The position numbers and the translations under genes are program-made. Positions 47,184-55,332 of a stretch of 64,000 nucleotides of DNA are shown here, piece after piece. Below the pieces are notes generated by a model that was not told the DNA's origin, did no database searches, and saw nothing but the letters and a program-made list of their open reading frames with translations. The DNA is from a virus. Position 1 is the first letter of the stretch. Every line of letters begins with the position of its first letter. The DNA lies in the IMG/VR virus record IMGVR_UViG_3300028920_000027, positions 64,001 through 128,000 of that record; one strand, written 5' to 3'.

Positions 47184-48074
47184 ATGAGTATCCTTCAAAC
47201 CCAGGAAGGGCGGTCCCGCCTGGCGAGCCTGGCGGAATCATTTCGACAACAATTGGACTACGCGGGGATAGCCCGCCGTGCCCTTGTTGTCGACCCTTTG
47301 CCTGAAGGCGCGGTCCCCGTCTTCGAAGGTGATCTTGATGTTGCTCAACATGTTCTGGCAGAAGAGCACGTCTATGCCTACACCGAAGCTGAGCACGTGA
47401 ACCGTCCAGCTCCTCACCGCAACACGTTGGGCAAGTATGCCGACCTCATCACGACCGTCTTCGCGCCCGATGATCGCAACCTCTTACCCAGGAACCCCTT
47501 CGACTGGGGTTGGTGGGAAGGTGGTTGGTGGGGCGATGACGTTCACCCAGCAGGGTATTGGGTCTACTCAGATCCCTGGTGGTATCTGTGGCGCCGACAG
47601 ATTCAACAATCCGTTCTGACAGACCGAAGGATGGACAAGAGCATTCGACAAGTCACGGTGCCAATGTTCGAGATCGAATCGAGCCCCACTATAGCCATTG
47701 CGGATGTTCGAGAGCACCGCTTCAACCTCATTGAACGGCCTCAGTCGCTGACTCAGTCGCTGACTCAAACCGAGGTGGTGGGTAGGGGGGGCTACTCCAA
47801 GTCTATGGACCAGTGGCGCCCCAAGGACCGTCACTTGAAGCACTTCATGCCCATGGACCAGGAATGGCCCGAATGGGTCCAGCCAGGAGCCCATGTGCGC
47901 TCAACCTGCCCTGGTATGGGAGTGGCCACGGTCGTCGAGGTTCATAACCTCTACCTCACCCTCAACTGGAAAGGGTCCACCCAGCGGTGGTCTAAACATA
48001 CCGGGTGGTTCCACGACCACTGGCAGTATGAGGAGGCACCCCCAACCCTTTGGGAGCGTCTCAGCGCGGCTTGA
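47184..48074 (+). CDS. Mosaic protein with major-capsid-like segments, Trp-rich insert and WERL tail
   Basis: QTQEGRSRLA...LDYAGIARRALVVDPLPEGA and VTVPMFEIESSPTIAI...RFNLIER recall huge-phage capsid proteins (from memory). Confidence 0.55.
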   Translation: MSILQTQEGRSRLASLAESFRQQLDYAGIARRALVVDPLPEGAVPVFEGDLDVAQHVLAEEHVYAYTEAEHVNRPAPHRNTLGKYADLITTVFAPDDRNLLPRNPFDWGWWEGGWWGDDVHPAGYWVYSDPWWYLWRRQIQQSVLTDRRMDKSIRQVTVPMFEIESSPTIAIADVREHRFNLIERPQSLTQSLTQTEVVGRGGYSKSMDQWRPKDRHLKHFMPMDQEWPEWVQPGAHVRSTCPGMGVATVVEVHNLYLTLNWKGSTQRWSKHTGWFHDHWQYEEAPPTLWERLSAA

Positions 48075-48382
48075 CCGTGGTCACACGACGGGCGTTGTAG
48101 GGAGTTGCCGTGACCGTCGTGGTGTTCATGGTGTCCCAAGCCCACGCATAGATGGTGCTTCCAGAGGTGTTCGTTGTGGCCGTGGGGTAGCCCTGGTGGC
48201 GGAACCGGATGGCTACTGGTATTGGGAAAGGGCCCACCGAGTAGGTGACGACTTGCTGAACCTGAGGGCGAGGTCGAAGCTTCAGCTCTTGGAGCTTGGA
48301 GGAGGGGCATCGACCGTAAGCCGCAGACGACCTGAGGGGTGAACCCCAGCTCGTCCAGAACTTGCTGTTGGGTCAGAGGCAT
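48061..48382 (-). pseudogene. Small protein split by an apparent +1 frameshift
   Basis: MPLTQQQVLDELG...MPLL then +1 frame KLQELKLRPRPQVQQVVTYSVGPFP...TTVKPR*. Confidence 0.45.
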
Positions 48383-49047
48383 CGTGCTCGATAGCGCGTG
48401 GCTACCTTCTTGGCGGTTTCGGCAGGCAGCTTCCAAATCTTGAAGAGACCCATCGTCTTGTCCTGTTTGCGACCCTTGGGGACGGGCTCGATGGTTACCG
48501 TGGGATTGCCCTTGGCATCGGCCCCGAACTCCTTGATCTTGCCCTTCTTGTTCTTGTACTTCCCATACAGGATGATGTCACCCACGTTGAATGAATATGC
48601 CTTCTTGTAGAACTTGTGAGTGAACTCCCCGCAGCCAGGGCCGAGATCCTTGCGCGGATGCTTCTTTCCTTCGTTGTCGACCTCGAAGACCATTCCCCCG
48701 TGGTAGACAAATTCCCCGGGTTTGAAGCCCTCCCCCTTGGCATCACCCTTCCCTTCATTCTTGGCAGCCAGGCGAGAAGGGCCACCCTGTTGCTTGTACT
48801 CTCGCAGCACGTCGCTGATGAACCGCGGCCACTTAGGCTCGGTCTCATCTTCCCAGTCCAGGATGCGCTGAAGCGCCTCCGTGAAGTAGGTACCGCCCTT
48901 GTGCATCCCTTGGGTGTAGCGGTCATCGAAGTCGTCAGCCAACGTGTTCGATACACCCTTTCGAGTCGGCTCAGTCTCCCACTTGCGGCAAATGCTCACC
49001 GCATGGCTGATTAGAGACTTGCGGTCGGGGAAGAGGGGGTTCGCCAC
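48373..49047 (-). CDS. Basic hypothetical protein with KOW/SH3-like C-terminus, ending KKVATRYRARCL
   Basis: GDIILYGKYKNKKGKI; AGGA RBS. Confidence 0.8.
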   Translation of the reverse strand: MANPLFPDRKSLISHAVSICRKWETEPTRKGVSNTLADDFDDRYTQGMHKGGTYFTEALQRILDWEDETEPKWPRFISDVLREYKQQGGPSRLAAKNEGKGDAKGEGFKPGEFVYHGGMVFEVDNEGKKHPRKDLGPGCGEFTHKFYKKAYSFNVGDIILYGKYKNKKGKIKEFGADAKGNPTVTIEPVPKGRKQDKTMGLFKIWKLPAETAKKVATRYRARCL

Positions 49048-49057
49048 AAGGTTCCTT

Positions 49058-49888
49058 TCAGCGGAAAGAGGTGCCCAAGGTCGGTACCCAGAAGTCTGTC
49101 GATTGTTTCCAGCTCAGGTACTCAGGCGCCATGACACAGAAGCCGTCTTCGCCCCAGCCGGGGCCCCACGAGTTCTTGATGAGAAAGCCATCAGGCACGT
49201 AGCCGATGATCATCATTGCGTGACCACCCGCGAACACATTCCCCTTGGGGCGCGGTACAGGGCCTCGCGATCGGAGCTTCATGAACTCCTTGGTCACCTG
49301 CGTACCGAAGACCACCGGGTGGTGCGACCGAAGTGCGTCGATAATCAGGTCGAGCCGGGTGTTGCCGGTTGAGGTGATGCGGTAATAGCTGTGGATGCGG
49401 TGGCCCGTGGCCTCGCGCATTGCTTTCAAGGAAGGCAGGCGGTAAAGCCGCCTCAGGTCGTAGGGCCAGATCTCCTCGGTGCAGATGCCAAACCGCTGGA
49501 GCACACAGAAGGCCAGACGAACCCATGTCCCCTCGTCGTGGTCGATGTCCCCCTTACCGTCTCTGTCGAGGTCTTGAAGGGCCCGACACATCGAGTAGAC
49601 GAAGAGGCGACTCAGCTCGACGCGCGGGCGTCCCTCGATGGCATTGACGACTTCAACGGCATCCGCTGTGGCATTGCCGACACACGAGCTGGCTCGCAGC
49701 TGGTTGGTGTCGGTCGTGAAATCGCTCAAATCGACGTAGGTGCTGTTACCCGCTCGGGTCTTGAGCAAAGCGTTGTTGAACTTGCGGTCGGGCTTTTCCC
49801 CACGTAGCTTGGGCGGGTCGGGTACGTAGCCAAATCGTTTGCCAAGTTTGCGGGCGCTGAAGTTTGGGTGCTGGGTGAGTTGTGACAT
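49058..49888 (-). CDS. Papain-like C1A cysteine peptidase
   Basis: Q...SSC, LSRLFVY, GGHAMMIIGY, IKNSWG..WG..GF. Confidence 0.92.
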   Translation of the reverse strand: MSQLTQHPNFSARKLGKRFGYVPDPPKLRGEKPDRKFNNALLKTRAGNSTYVDLSDFTTDTNQLRASSCVGNATADAVEVVNAIEGRPRVELSRLFVYSMCRALQDLDRDGKGDIDHDEGTWVRLAFCVLQRFGICTEEIWPYDLRRLYRLPSLKAMREATGHRIHSYYRITSTGNTRLDLIIDALRSHHPVVFGTQVTKEFMKLRSRGPVPRPKGNVFAGGHAMMIIGYVPDGFLIKNSWGPGWGEDGFCVMAPEYLSWKQSTDFWVPTLGTSFR

Positions 49889-49944
49889 GGTCCCTCCAGG
49901 AACCCCGGCCCACAAGAAGATTCTTTCGATGCCCCCCTACCAAC

Positions 49945-50301
49945 ATGACCCCAACCATTCGCTTCGTGCCGCTACTCGTCGTGCCGCTGCTACTCACGGC
50001 GTGCCCGAAGACTGATCCCACCAAACCTCCAGTGCCGCCGCCGCTCGATCCGACAGGTACCGAGTTCTGTGCCGAGATGTGCAAGCGCATCGGGCCCGCG
50101 GGTCTCAAGTGTGAAGAGGGCGAGGACGTCTACAACTCCGACCTAGAAGGCGAAGAGGGCGTGCCTAACCAGAGCTGCACTGACTGGTGTGAAGAGCAAC
50201 AGGAACGCGGTTTCTACATCAACCCCAAGTGTGTCCGACTTGTCGAGTCCTGCAAGGAAATCGAGGACGCTCGTCAAAAGGACGAAGCCGAGTGCCCCTG
50301 A
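49945..50301 (+). CDS. Cys-rich lipoprotein
   Basis: Signal peptide with LTAC lipobox; 8 further Cys. Confidence 0.8.
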   Translation: MTPTIRFVPLLVVPLLLTACPKTDPTKPPVPPPLDPTGTEFCAEMCKRIGPAGLKCEEGEDVYNSDLEGEEGVPNQSCTDWCEEQQERGFYINPKCVRLVESCKEIEDARQKDEAECP

Positions 50302-50320
50302 TCCCGGTGTATCACTGGAC

Positions 50321-50596
50321 ATGGCAAGCTATGGCAAGTACCGTGAAGAGGGCTCCATCATTCTCGTCGAGATCCTGTCAGACAAGACCAACGACAATGG
50401 TCGAGAGGTCGAACTCAAGTGTCTCCAGGTCATTCGGCCCGTGAGAGGCGGGGTGCCACTCCCCAACCCTGACCCCATCGTCGGACAGGTGTGGAGCGTT
50501 TGGGCAGGTCCTGGGTCCGGACCCTATTGTGGGTGGAGCCTGGAAGTTCTCGAAGCTGGCGCCCCCGAATTAAAAGGTCTACCCAAGGCCGGCTAG
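50321..50596 (+). CDS. Hypothetical protein
   Basis: GGTGTATCAC 5 nt before ATG. Confidence 0.7.
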   Translation: MASYGKYREEGSIILVEILSDKTNDNGREVELKCLQVIRPVRGGVPLPNPDPIVGQVWSVWAGPGSGPYCGWSLEVLEAGAPELKGLPKAG

Positions 50597-50608
50597 ACTG
50601 AAGTTATA

Positions 50609-50908
50609 GTGCTCAACTCCACCCGCCCCATCATGATCGTCCACGAAGGGCAGAACCGACTCACCCGTCACCGATGGGTGTTCGAGCTGGAAAGCAGCCG
50701 ACTCGTGTTAGTGCGCTACCACTACGAGATCCGGCGCAAGATCGAGAGTCCCTGGGGTCTACGCAAGTTCTACGAAGCCAACCCCACGGGAGCCTACGGG
50801 GACTGGGAGTGGCTCAAGATCGACGACGTGCCTTGGCCCTCCGAATTGGAGCAAGAAGCCAAGGAGAAAATCTTGGAGGGGCTGGTCGTTTTACGACAAG
50901 TCGCTTGA
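50609..50908 (+). CDS. Hypothetical protein (99 aa)
   Basis: ORF track. Confidence 0.7.
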   Translation: MLNSTRPIMIVHEGQNRLTRHRWVFELESSRLVLVRYHYEIRRKIESPWGLRKFYEANPTGAYGDWEWLKIDDVPWPSELEQEAKEKILEGLVVLRQVA

Positions 50909-50990
50909 CGCTTGACGGTGTAGAGTGAAGAGAGCCCGCCGCCCCGATGCACTCCCCCCTCGGTGCACGGCAAGAGCGGCGGTGCTCATC

Positions 50991-51539
50991 TTACTGCCAG
51001 GCTACCTCGACACAGACTTCGAGGGGCTCGGGCTGGGGTAGTGACTTACCTGAAATGCGGCTCAGCATTTGCACAAACTGCGGGTTTGACAGCGGCTTGT
51101 AGCCATCCTCACCCCAGCGTCTTGTGCGGCGAATCAGCTCGATGGCGGCCCGCCCCGATAACCCTTTGTGCATGATGAGCGTAACGGCCGTCACGAGGCC
51201 ACTGCGGTTCATTCCCGCCGCGCAGGTGACCATGACTCTCTTCCCCTCCGAAAGCGCGTTAGCGGCCCGCCTGGCGGCCCCCACGACCCAATGGAGCCCT
51301 TGGCGATCGAGGGGCTTCTCCCCGGGCAGGTCATCAATGGGAGCCCGCACGACTTCAACATCGGGATAATAGACGCTTGCCGGCTGAATCTCACGCGCCG
51401 CCAGGATCAGCATGTCTATGCCCAACTCACTCAGGGCAGTGCCATAGGGAGGCTTGCTTCCCTGATAGAGGCCAGGGATGATCTTGTCGTAGGTCCAGGG
51501 GTGATCCGCGATGATGAGCACGCCTCTGATGGCCCACAA
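50991..51539 (-). CDS. Dual-specificity protein phosphatase
   Basis: VTCAAGMNRSG (CX5R) and general-acid PIDD loop. Confidence 0.9.
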   Translation of the reverse strand: MWAIRGVLIIADHPWTYDKIIPGLYQGSKPPYGTALSELGIDMLILAAREIQPASVYYPDVEVVRAPIDDLPGEKPLDRQGLHWVVGAARRAANALSEGKRVMVTCAAGMNRSGLVTAVTLIMHKGLSGRAAIELIRRTRRWGEDGYKPLSNPQFVQMLSRISGKSLPQPEPLEVCVEVAWQ

Positions 51540-51616
51540 GAAGAATCACTAGTACCGGAGTACCAGAAGTAGCCACGCCCCCCGCGGGGACCATACCCAC
51601 CTTTGAACCAGACATC

Positions 51617-51757
51617 CTAACTGCGAGTCAGTTCACCAATCACGTGCGAAATCTCCAGGCCCGTCATATCGCCTTTGAGCCTCTTCCGAAGCACGGCTAT
51701 CGGGATGCCAGGGTTGTCACGAATGACCTCGTAGACCGCTCGCTGGTGAAGGTTCAT
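51617..51757 (-). CDS. Small winged-helix-like protein
   Basis: VYEVIRDNPGIPIAVL; short. Confidence 0.4.
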   Translation of the reverse strand: MNLHQRAVYEVIRDNPGIPIAVLRKRLKGDMTGLEISHVIGELTRS

Positions 51758-51788
51758 GCGGCTTCGTCCCAATCGTAGCGAATCTTTT

Positions 51789-52142
51789 TCATTTGAGGTC
51801 CCTCCACACCTTCTTTCGGGCATTGTCCCCTGGAAGAAGAACAAGAGCGTCCGAGGGTCGATGTTCAACACACACTCGGCGCCGTCCCTTACTATTCAGG
51901 CGAAACCAACCAGGCTCTGAACACCCTTCGGTGCTGCACCGGGGGGTTTGCTTCTGCCTCGCCCGAATTTTGGTCCACATGAGCAGGAGTGATGAGGTTG
52001 CAACGCAGACCTCTAGCCCTCTACGACCCGCCACCCAAACTCGACCCTGACCCAAGTCGATCTTGGTGATGACTCCTTCGGAGCCTTGAAGGGCCCACAC
52101 GTCGCCCACCTTCAGACTTGTCGGCTCGACTGGATTGATCAC
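51789..52142 (-). CDS. Hypothetical protein, SH3-like plus Cys cluster
   Basis: GGTGTATCTC 5 nt before GTG 52142; CSTEGC...VCVEH. Confidence 0.65.
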   Translation of the reverse strand: MINPVEPTSLKVGDVWALQGSEGVITKIDLGQGRVWVAGRRGLEVCVATSSLLLMWTKIRARQKQTPRCSTEGCSEPGWFRLNSKGRRRVCVEHRPSDALVLLPGDNARKKVWRDLK

Positions 52143-52147
52143 GCCCC

Positions 52148-52169
52148 GAGATACACCACGGTGTAACAT
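52148..52169. promoter_or_regulatory. Back-to-back divergent GGTG-TA promoter motifs
   Basis: Minus GGTGTATCTC 52157-52148; plus GGTGTAACAT 52160-52169. Confidence 0.65.
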
Positions 52170-52252
52170 AAAGCTGTGAACAAGCCAGCCTTCCCAGCCC
52201 TGTGGTATGTCAGCTCCCCTTCGCAGGAGCTTATCGCTCTGACCAACGGTGA

Positions 52253-52654
52253 GTGGCTTTGAAGGTACTGGTTACCGGCAGTCGGAGCTGGGTCAGCCCG
52301 GTACCGATCCGTGAAGAGTTGGAGAAGCTCCCCCCAGGGACCATCCTCGTCCACGGCGCTTGTCGAGGTGCCGACAACATCGCCGCTGATGAAGCTCGCA
52401 AGCTGGGGTTCGAGGTCCGTGCCTACCCAGTGTCTGATGAGGAGTGGAATTCCAAGGGTGGGGGCGCCGGCCACGCCCGCAACCAGCAGATGCTCGATGA
52501 GGAGCACCCTGATCAGGACGACGTGTACATCGACCTCGTGCTTGCCTTTCACCGGGATTCCGGGTTAGGCCGTGGGACCCGTGACATGATGGCGCGCGTG
52601 GCCGTCGCAGACCCGCCCATTGAGCAAAAGGTCGTCGTCCACAGAAAGGGTTGA
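52253..52654 (+). CDS. SLOG-family (YspA/DUF2493-like) protein
   Basis: VLVTGSR, LVHGACRGAD, AGHARNQQM, RGTRDM. Confidence 0.88.
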   Translation: MALKVLVTGSRSWVSPVPIREELEKLPPGTILVHGACRGADNIAADEARKLGFEVRAYPVSDEEWNSKGGGAGHARNQQMLDEEHPDQDDVYIDLVLAFHRDSGLGRGTRDMMARVAVADPPIEQKVVVHRKG

Positions 52655-52812
52655 CAGGTTTGGGCATCGGGTCCATCATGCCTGTCACCGTCTTCGATTT
52701 CCGTCTTCGCAGGCTTCCCATCATGTCCAAATCGTAGACCTACAGCCGTTCGAGGTCGCCTCCAAGGTGCGCAGTTGGTACATAACCCCACTGCAACCCT
52801 TGGAGATCCAAA

Positions 52813-53256
52813 GTGAAAGAGCCCTCGACACCAATATCTAGACTGCGAACAGTCATTCGCGAACTGGCCAGCGCTGGCCACAACCATCGCCGACACCAGC
52901 AAGAACTGCGGCGCACCCCTGGTACGGGCCCGGTGCGGCAGGCCCTGCGGGAAGACTACCTGATCACGACGCGAGCTCAGGCCCGACACGCCTTGCTGGC
53001 CTACGCCATGATTAGAGGTCGGAAGTACGCCGATATCGAGCCCCGATCCAATGAGGCCCCTTCCGAGCGCTGGCTGATGGCCAACCTCTTGAAGGCTGAG
53101 CCTGAGGTCACTCCTACGCCGGCTGATCTTAAGGCGTGGATTGCAGGAGAGGAGTGCCCCTTCCAAGTGAACCTCAACGACCGGTGGGAGACCCGCCGCG
53201 CCTTGAGGAAAGCCGCCGCACTGAAAGCTTCCCCCGTACTGGAGGCCACGGGATGA
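52813..53256 (+). CDS. Hypothetical protein (147 aa)
   Basis: GGAG RBS; ORF track. Confidence 0.75.
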   Translation: MKEPSTPISRLRTVIRELASAGHNHRRHQQELRRTPGTGPVRQALREDYLITTRAQARHALLAYAMIRGRKYADIEPRSNEAPSERWLMANLLKAEPEVTPTPADLKAWIAGEECPFQVNLNDRWETRRALRKAAALKASPVLEATG

Positions 53257-53348
53257 TCGAAGTCAGAACCGTAAGCACCAAGCTCTTCCAGTTCCGAGAA
53301 GGTGCTGAGGAACGGATGGCTGACGCCTGCGACTACGACAATGACTGA
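53253..53348 (+). CDS. 31-aa peptide
   Basis: GGAGG RBS; coupled at both ends. Confidence 0.45.
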   Translation: MIEVRTVSTKLFQFREGAEERMADACDYDND

Positions 53349-53637
53349 CCGACTCCGCATTGTGACCCGCGCTGATCTCGCGCATGGCTCCCGCGCCGTG
53401 CAGGCTGTCCACGCCATGCGCGAGTGGGTCGACCAGTATCCGATCCTCGACCAGGAGTGGTACGAAAAGAGCAACACGATTGCCTTGCTTGAGGTTCCGA
53501 ATGAGTCTAAACTGCGCGCCCTATTGGAGCGCGCAACAGAACGGGGAATCCCTGTTGCATCGTGCTCAGTCCTGGGCGTGATGCTCGGCGGCTGTGCTCA
53601 TCCCTTCCCTTGGCTCTCAAGTTCGATGCCCCGGTAG
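53341..53637 (+). pseudogene. Peptidyl-tRNA hydrolase type 2-like gene with internal deletion/frameshift
   Basis: IVTRADL..G...QAVHA, W...SNTIALL.V; expected EPD segment missing; RRLCSSLPLAL lies in the -1 frame. Confidence 0.7.
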
Positions 53638-53703
53638 CTCAGTTGGCAGAGCGGCTGGATTCTAACCCGGTGTGCGCAGGTTCAAGCCCTGCCTGGGGCG
53701 CTT
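53628..53703 (+). tRNA. Atypical tRNA, 8-nt anticodon loop ATTCTAAC (TCT or CTA reading)
   Basis: GCCCCGG/CTGGGGC, G73; canonical D and T arms. Confidence 0.7.
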
Positions 53704-53704
53704 T

Positions 53705-53783
53705 GGAGGTGTAGCTCAGTGGTAGAGCGCGGCCCTGTAAAAGGGGCTGATGTCGCGTGGTTCGATCCCACCCACCTCCACTC
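53705..53783 (+). tRNA. Atypical tRNA, 8-nt loop TGTAAAAG (Tyr-like CTGTAAA heptad), short variable loop
   Basis: GGAGGTG/CACCTCC, A73; canonical D arm. Confidence 0.6.
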
Positions 53784-53815
53784 TTTGAAAAAGTCGCGGG
53801 CGTTTTTTGATCCGC

Positions 53816-53825
53816 GGTGTACAGT
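53816..53825 (+). promoter_or_regulatory. GGTG-TACAGT promoter motif for the 246-aa gene / RNA-mimic unit
   Basis: About 110 nt before ATG 53939. Confidence 0.7.
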
Positions 53826-53856
53826 CCGAACTCAACACAACGTCGGCGAGCCAACG

Positions 53857-53886
53857 ATCAACACCGAGATAATCAACACCGAGATA
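53857..53886. repeat. Perfect 15-nt tandem duplication ATCAACACCGAGATA in 5' leader
   Basis: 53857-53871 and 53872-53886. Confidence 0.95.
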
Positions 53887-53889
53887 CCA

Positions 53890-53920
53890 GGGGCTTCCAG
53901 GCCCCTAAGGATTTCAACAA
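53890..53920 (+). repeat. 31-nt direct repeat, copy A (hairpin + AGGATTTCAACAA)
   Basis: 28/31 identical to 54757-54787. Confidence 0.9.
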
Positions 53921-53938
53921 CATCAAGATGAGGATCCA

Positions 53939-54679
53939 ATGTCGAAGCTGAGCCACGTTCTGGCAGTCGTCAACCAGGTCAAAACCAACGCGATGGAGCA
54001 GGTCACCGGGCTGTACCAGCAGCTTGATAAGGCCAAGTTGACGGTGGGCCTGACTCGAACCTACAAGCCTCTGACCGACGATGGTGAAACCCTTCCCGAC
54101 GAGAATTCCATCGTTCAGATGCGAGTTGAGGATGTTCTTCGCGACGTAGTCAAGCACCTGACGCCCCTCTACGACGTATCCCTCCAGCGCGATGCTGCGA
54201 ATTGCGAGGCCAAGGCTGATCTTGTCGTCGACGGTGAGACCCTGCTCAAGGACGTGCCCGCTACCTATCTGCTGTGGTTGGAGAAGCAGGTCAACCACAT
54301 GCACACGATCATCTGCAAGCTGCCCACGCTGCCGGCGGAAGGTGAGTGGACCTTCGACCAGGGGTCCGCATGCTACAAAGACACTGTGTCCATGAGGGCA
54401 CGCACCAAAAAGGTACCGAAGCCCATCACCCTGTGTGAAGCTACGAAGGAACACCCAGCCCAGGTTCAGCTTGCCCACGAGGACATCATTGTTGGCTACT
54501 GGCATCAAACCGCACTCTCCGGGGCCATCCCCCGTACGCGTGCACAAGAGCTGCGAGACAGGGTTGAAACCTTGTTGGCGGCCATCAAAACAGCGCGGGA
54601 AACCGCCAACCACGTCGAGGCCCCGAAGAAAGAAGCGGGTGCCGTGATCTTCCGCTACCTTTTCCGGAAGGAAAGCTAA
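53939..54679 (+). CDS. Conserved uncharacterised 246-aa helical protein (recalls DUF7873-type family)
   Basis: RTYKP..DDGETLP, ADLVVDG..LL.DVP.TYLL.LEKQ, KLPTL, RTKKVPK, ATKEHPAQV, GYW....SGA; GAGGA RBS. Confidence 0.88.
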   Translation: MSKLSHVLAVVNQVKTNAMEQVTGLYQQLDKAKLTVGLTRTYKPLTDDGETLPDENSIVQMRVEDVLRDVVKHLTPLYDVSLQRDAANCEAKADLVVDGETLLKDVPATYLLWLEKQVNHMHTIICKLPTLPAEGEWTFDQGSACYKDTVSMRARTKKVPKPITLCEATKEHPAQVQLAHEDIIVGYWHQTALSGAIPRTRAQELRDRVETLLAAIKTARETANHVEAPKKEAGAVIFRYLFRKES

Positions 54680-54756
54680 CCTGCCTCCGTGGTGGCAACC
54701 CCTTACCCAAGGAGGTTCATCTACATCCTGCTGCGACCCCAACAAGGGGTACCGGG

Positions 54757-54787
54757 GGGGCTTTTAGGCCCCTGAGGATTTCAACAA
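54757..54787 (+). repeat. 31-nt direct repeat, copy B
   Basis: Directly precedes the permuted tRNA-like RNAs. Confidence 0.9.
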
Positions 54788-54789
54788 GA

Positions 54790-54985
54790 CTACCTAAGCT
54801 GAAGCTAAGACTGAGACTGACGACCCTTGGAGTTAAGTGTTGGTTCGATCCCAGCCCCGCCGACCGAGTCCCGCGGGCTCCTTCCCCGGATTGAGTCCCG
54901 GGCTCTCACCCTCTCATCGGCGGGTAGCCCAATCTGGCAGAGGCACTCCGTAGCCGGGTCTACCTGATGCCTGAGACTTGGTAGA
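54790..54985 (+). ncRNA. Circularly permuted tRNA mimic 1 (YrlA-like; Pro-like acceptor C1-G72/A73)
   Basis: T arm 54839-54855 and CCCGCCG 54856-62 precede CGGCGGG 54918-24 and D arm; CTCCG/TGGAG and GGGTC/GACCC close the ends. Confidence 0.8.
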
Positions 54986-54999
54986 AAGCTGACCAAAAG

Positions 55000-55221
55000 C
55001 GGTGGTCTCGCTCATCGACCGTTACCTCGACAATCTTCGTGGATGTGGGTTCAAGTCCCTCCGGGCCAGCTCTGTCGAGTAGGGTCCGAACCACCCCCTC
55101 CCCCTTGGGTGGCTCCTTACTCGGCAGAGCTGGCCTGTAGCTCAATGGCAGAGCACACGAACTTTAGATCTGATCGAGGTCGACCCTGTGGAGCAGTAGT
55201 CTTCGGACTGAGACCAAACCG
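55000..55221 (+). ncRNA. Circularly permuted tRNA mimic 2 (YrlA-like; Gln-like acceptor U1-A72/G73)
   Basis: T arm 55045-61 and CGGGCCA 55062-68 precede TGGCCTG 55131-37 and GCTC/GAGC D arm; acceptor extended to 23 bp; end-pairing CACGAA/TTCGTG, TCGAGGT/ACCTCGA, GAGACC/GGTCTC, ACCG/CGGT. Confidence 0.85.
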
Positions 55222-55249
55222 AACATCAATCCTAATACGACTGATCACA

Positions 55250-55282
55250 GAACCCGGGGAGCCGGCTATGCTCCTCGGGTTC
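55250..55282 (+). terminator. 13-bp hairpin downstream of mimic 2 (possible terminator or processing stem)
   Basis: GAACCCGGGGAGC/GCTCCTCGGGTTC followed by GCCTATTTT. Confidence 0.5.
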
Positions 55283-55332
55283 GCCTATTTTGAGGACCGC
55301 GATGTTCAGGCTCGCCAAAAGTTGTTGACAGG

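Noticed and set aside
54961-54995. Hammerhead ribozyme core
   Set aside because: CTGATGC instead of CTGATGA, and no consistent stem I/III.
55031-55173. Permuted, BHB-spliced ochre suppressor tRNA-Gln (CT TTA G loop)
   Set aside because: The Gln-like acceptor and TTA are suggestive, but the required 4-bp central helix does not form (2 of 4 pairs) and unit 1 lacks U33; kept only as a remote possibility.
54790-55282. Two-piece tmRNA
   Set aside because: No G3:U70/A73 alanine identity, a full D stem is present, and no ANDEN/ALAA-like tag frame was found.
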